The notes under the pieces: model-generated
Databases searched by the model: none
Seen by the model: only the letters and a program-made list of their open reading frames with translations
Told to the model about the DNA's origin: nothing
In this document: piece after piece, positions 61,462 to 64,000 of the stretch
How the letters are laid out: each line of letters begins with the position of its first letter
Numbering within the stretch: the first letter of the stretch is position 1
Translations under genes and position numbers: made by a program
Assembly: GCA_030324005.1 (NCBI GenBank)
Contig: JARDVH010000124.1
Coordinates: 26,040,970-26,104,969 of the forward strand
Length of the DNA stretch: 64,000 bases
From: Negaprion brevirostris
Taxonomy: Eukaryota
Direction of reading: 5' to 3'

Positions 61462-64000
61462 GTAAGAGATAGTTTAGGACCTTCCCCGATGGTAATCTGT
61501 TTTATAACATTGTACAATAAAGCATCATCAATGCTTACAGCATTTGAAAGTAACAATATGTGTTTTGTAATATGAACTGTATGTAGTAAAATTGTTGGAA
61601 TTTTAATAATGGCTACTTTATCTGGAAATCCAGTAAAGACTAAAGCTAAACATTTCTCAAGAAATACATTGGATCCGAAGCATTAACTAGCTGAACTTTT
61701 TCTCAAACAAAGTAGATTGCAGTGGTTCTGTTGGGATATAGCCATTACTTTTAGTTGTGACACTATTGTCATTTGGTTTAATTTACATTTATAATTCTTA
61801 ATAAGATAACTTCTGATAGTTTGACTGAAAATATGAAAAATTTGATTCCTTTGGCCTGGCTAAATTTCAGAATTCTCACCTCCAAATATGACACCTACCA
61901 TTTTTGTGGGGCAGGAATGGTCCCAGTCAGGATTTGACACACACATTTTACAGAGGCAGCTGCCTACTCATCTCTAAATTTGGTGATGTTGGTGTGTAAA
62001 ACACGATTTTTGCAGGATAGACCTGATCAAAGCAGGCCTGAAATATGTGGAGCCTTCGGAGAGGGAGGGTTCCTCTTCAGGTTTGACCTTGGAACCTTCT
62101 TAGGGGAGGCCAGATGNNNNNNNNNNCAGATGCCTTTTGGGAAAGGTCAAGTGTTCCTTGGGGAAGTTAAGGTATCCCTTGAGATTGTTAAAATAGGCAT
62201 GAATGTGTGTTAAGAAATGCATAAAGTTGATTGAACTTGATTGTCAAGTTCATAGGAACTGTCAAAATGAATTGTCTGAAGCAACTATCAAAAGTCTCAA
62301 ACTGAATTGTCAAGCCGGCAAGGCACTTAAAACACCCACCTTTTAAATCTTTGAATACAATGTCTGTAGTTTTTTTAAGTGGTAGTTAGGTACTTTACCC
62401 TGTTGACAGAGTCAGAGGGCTCCCAATAATGGGTTAGTGCTGCATGACAGATTTCACCAGTTTTCATTAGCACATTAGGATGACTTTTGTTTCACAATTT
62501 AATAGACAGGTCCCAGTAGTTATTGACTCTTTGAAGTGGGGCTATGAATTCCAATGTTTGCCTTTATAAGGATTAAGCATCTGAAATAAAATATTGTTTT
62601 CATAGGGGTGTAATTTAATGAATGTAAATGTAGTGAATGGGTTTTAATCAAAGACCAGAATGAAAAATTCACCTGGGGAACTTTTCTGGCTCAGATTTAC
62701 AGAGCTGGGAAGTGGCCTGACTTTATATTTCAGATCCAGAGAGCAAACATCCAGGCCTTAATTTTAATTTTAATAGGACAGTGCTATTTGGAGAAATAAA
62801 GTTCTATTAGAAAAATAAATCACAGACCATTCTAATTAGTACAAAGGATTTATTCAGTATAATACTTCGTGCAATTTAAGAAACTAGACTTTGTACATAC
62901 ATCTGGATTTAAAAAGCATTGAATACCCTACGACTCAAAAAGACGTCCTGGTACTTGAGGTGTTAATAATGGAAGACATATCCTCCTTATTATTTAATTT
63001 GTTTTGTTTCATTTTTTATTCTAACCGTGTAAGGCAAAAACCAAAGAAATGTAAAGCACTTGACTTCACAATTGGTTCCAATGTGAATTTCCAAGCTGTT
63101 CAAACTCATTGCAGGAAGAGTATTTGACAAAATGGTGACTGAGTTCATATTGCTCTCTCTGTGTCTGACTGTTGTGAAGTGAGACATATTTAAGTCCGTT
63201 AACTTCTTCCTCCTTACCATTGACTCCATGCTGACTTCTCATGGCCATTATGATAAAGTAATATTCCTTCCAGGAAACTAAAACAACTTTGCATTACATA
63301 GCATTTTAATCATGGCATCACTTCAGTATTCCTAATTGTACACTTTGTCAGAAAATAGATTTAATAAACAATATTTAGCAGAGATGGGCAGAGGAACTCC
63401 ATTTCCTTCTGTTATTTTTTCCATTTAATTTGTAATTCAGTTATTGCATGTTGCTACCATTTGTCTAGATTGCATGTTGCTACTTGGCTTTCTAGACAAA
63501 TGGTGAAATAAAATATGAAACACTTTTTTAAAAAAAACAAGTATTCTTTTGTTTTCCTATTATCTGACTTTATAAAACTAGAAGTTGACAAATTCTGCAC
63601 TTGGTATTGTCTCCTGCCTGTACTAATTTGGATTTATTATTCATTTTGTTTGCCATTCCTTTACTTCTCCAGAATTGTGAATGATACAAAAACATATTCA
63701 CTCTCTTTCAGGTCACAGATTTTCAGTTAAGAAAAAAGAACCTAAAGACCAATGGCATTGTTTATATGCAGTCCAAAATTTCACTTATCCTTTATCCTCA
63801 AGGTTTATTTCCTTTGACTGCCCATGTGTGTTCTCCCACACGTCTCATCACACACATGTGTGCACATGCAAGCACACACGCTCTTTCCAAAAATCTTAAA
63901 TCTGCGCCCCATCATCCTTGTGCTATCACATAATGGGGCCACTTTTACTTGCATATCTTATCCACATCTGTCATATCCTCATATGCTTCTATCAAATCTC

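Noticed and set aside
40790-62970. Similar peptides DILVLEVLI (ORF 40692) and DVLVLEVLI (ORF 62891)
   Set aside because: Short, made of common residues, no extended DNA similarity and no splice signals. Expected by chance in six-frame translations.
1-64000. CRISPR array, operon or prokaryotic defence system
   Set aside because: No regularly spaced repeat-spacer array and no gene-dense operon structure. The window is spliced vertebrate gene sequence.

Overview
This is eukaryotic (vertebrate) genomic DNA, not microbial. The tRNA-derived SINEs with CR1-type tails, Deu-domain SINEs and CR1/L2/Rex1/Tx1 LINE fragments are the kind found in cartilaginous fishes, so it is most likely a shark (inference). 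The window lies inside one + strand gene, a TACC-family gene best matching TACC2. I could chain 10 coding exons (11421-54881) with compatible splice phases into one continuous reading frame of 2406 nt / 802 aa. The C-terminal TACC coiled-coil exons were not found and probably lie downstream of the window. The rest is intronic and repeat-rich, with many 10-N/100-N scaffold gaps. Most ORF-track entries are chance ORFs or repeat remnants. I found no new multi-gene system. The best leads are: (1) a TACC1-type N-terminal exon (MAFSPW...) joined to a TACC2 body through a GC-AG intron; (2) a TACC3-like KQS-x-YLK Aurora-A/clathrin-type motif; (3) a 36/38-nt hairpin-containing direct repeat bracketing the largest exon; (4) frame-preserving candidate cassette exons. 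Homology calls come from my recall of the protein and repeat families, not from a database search. Repeat boundaries are approximate.
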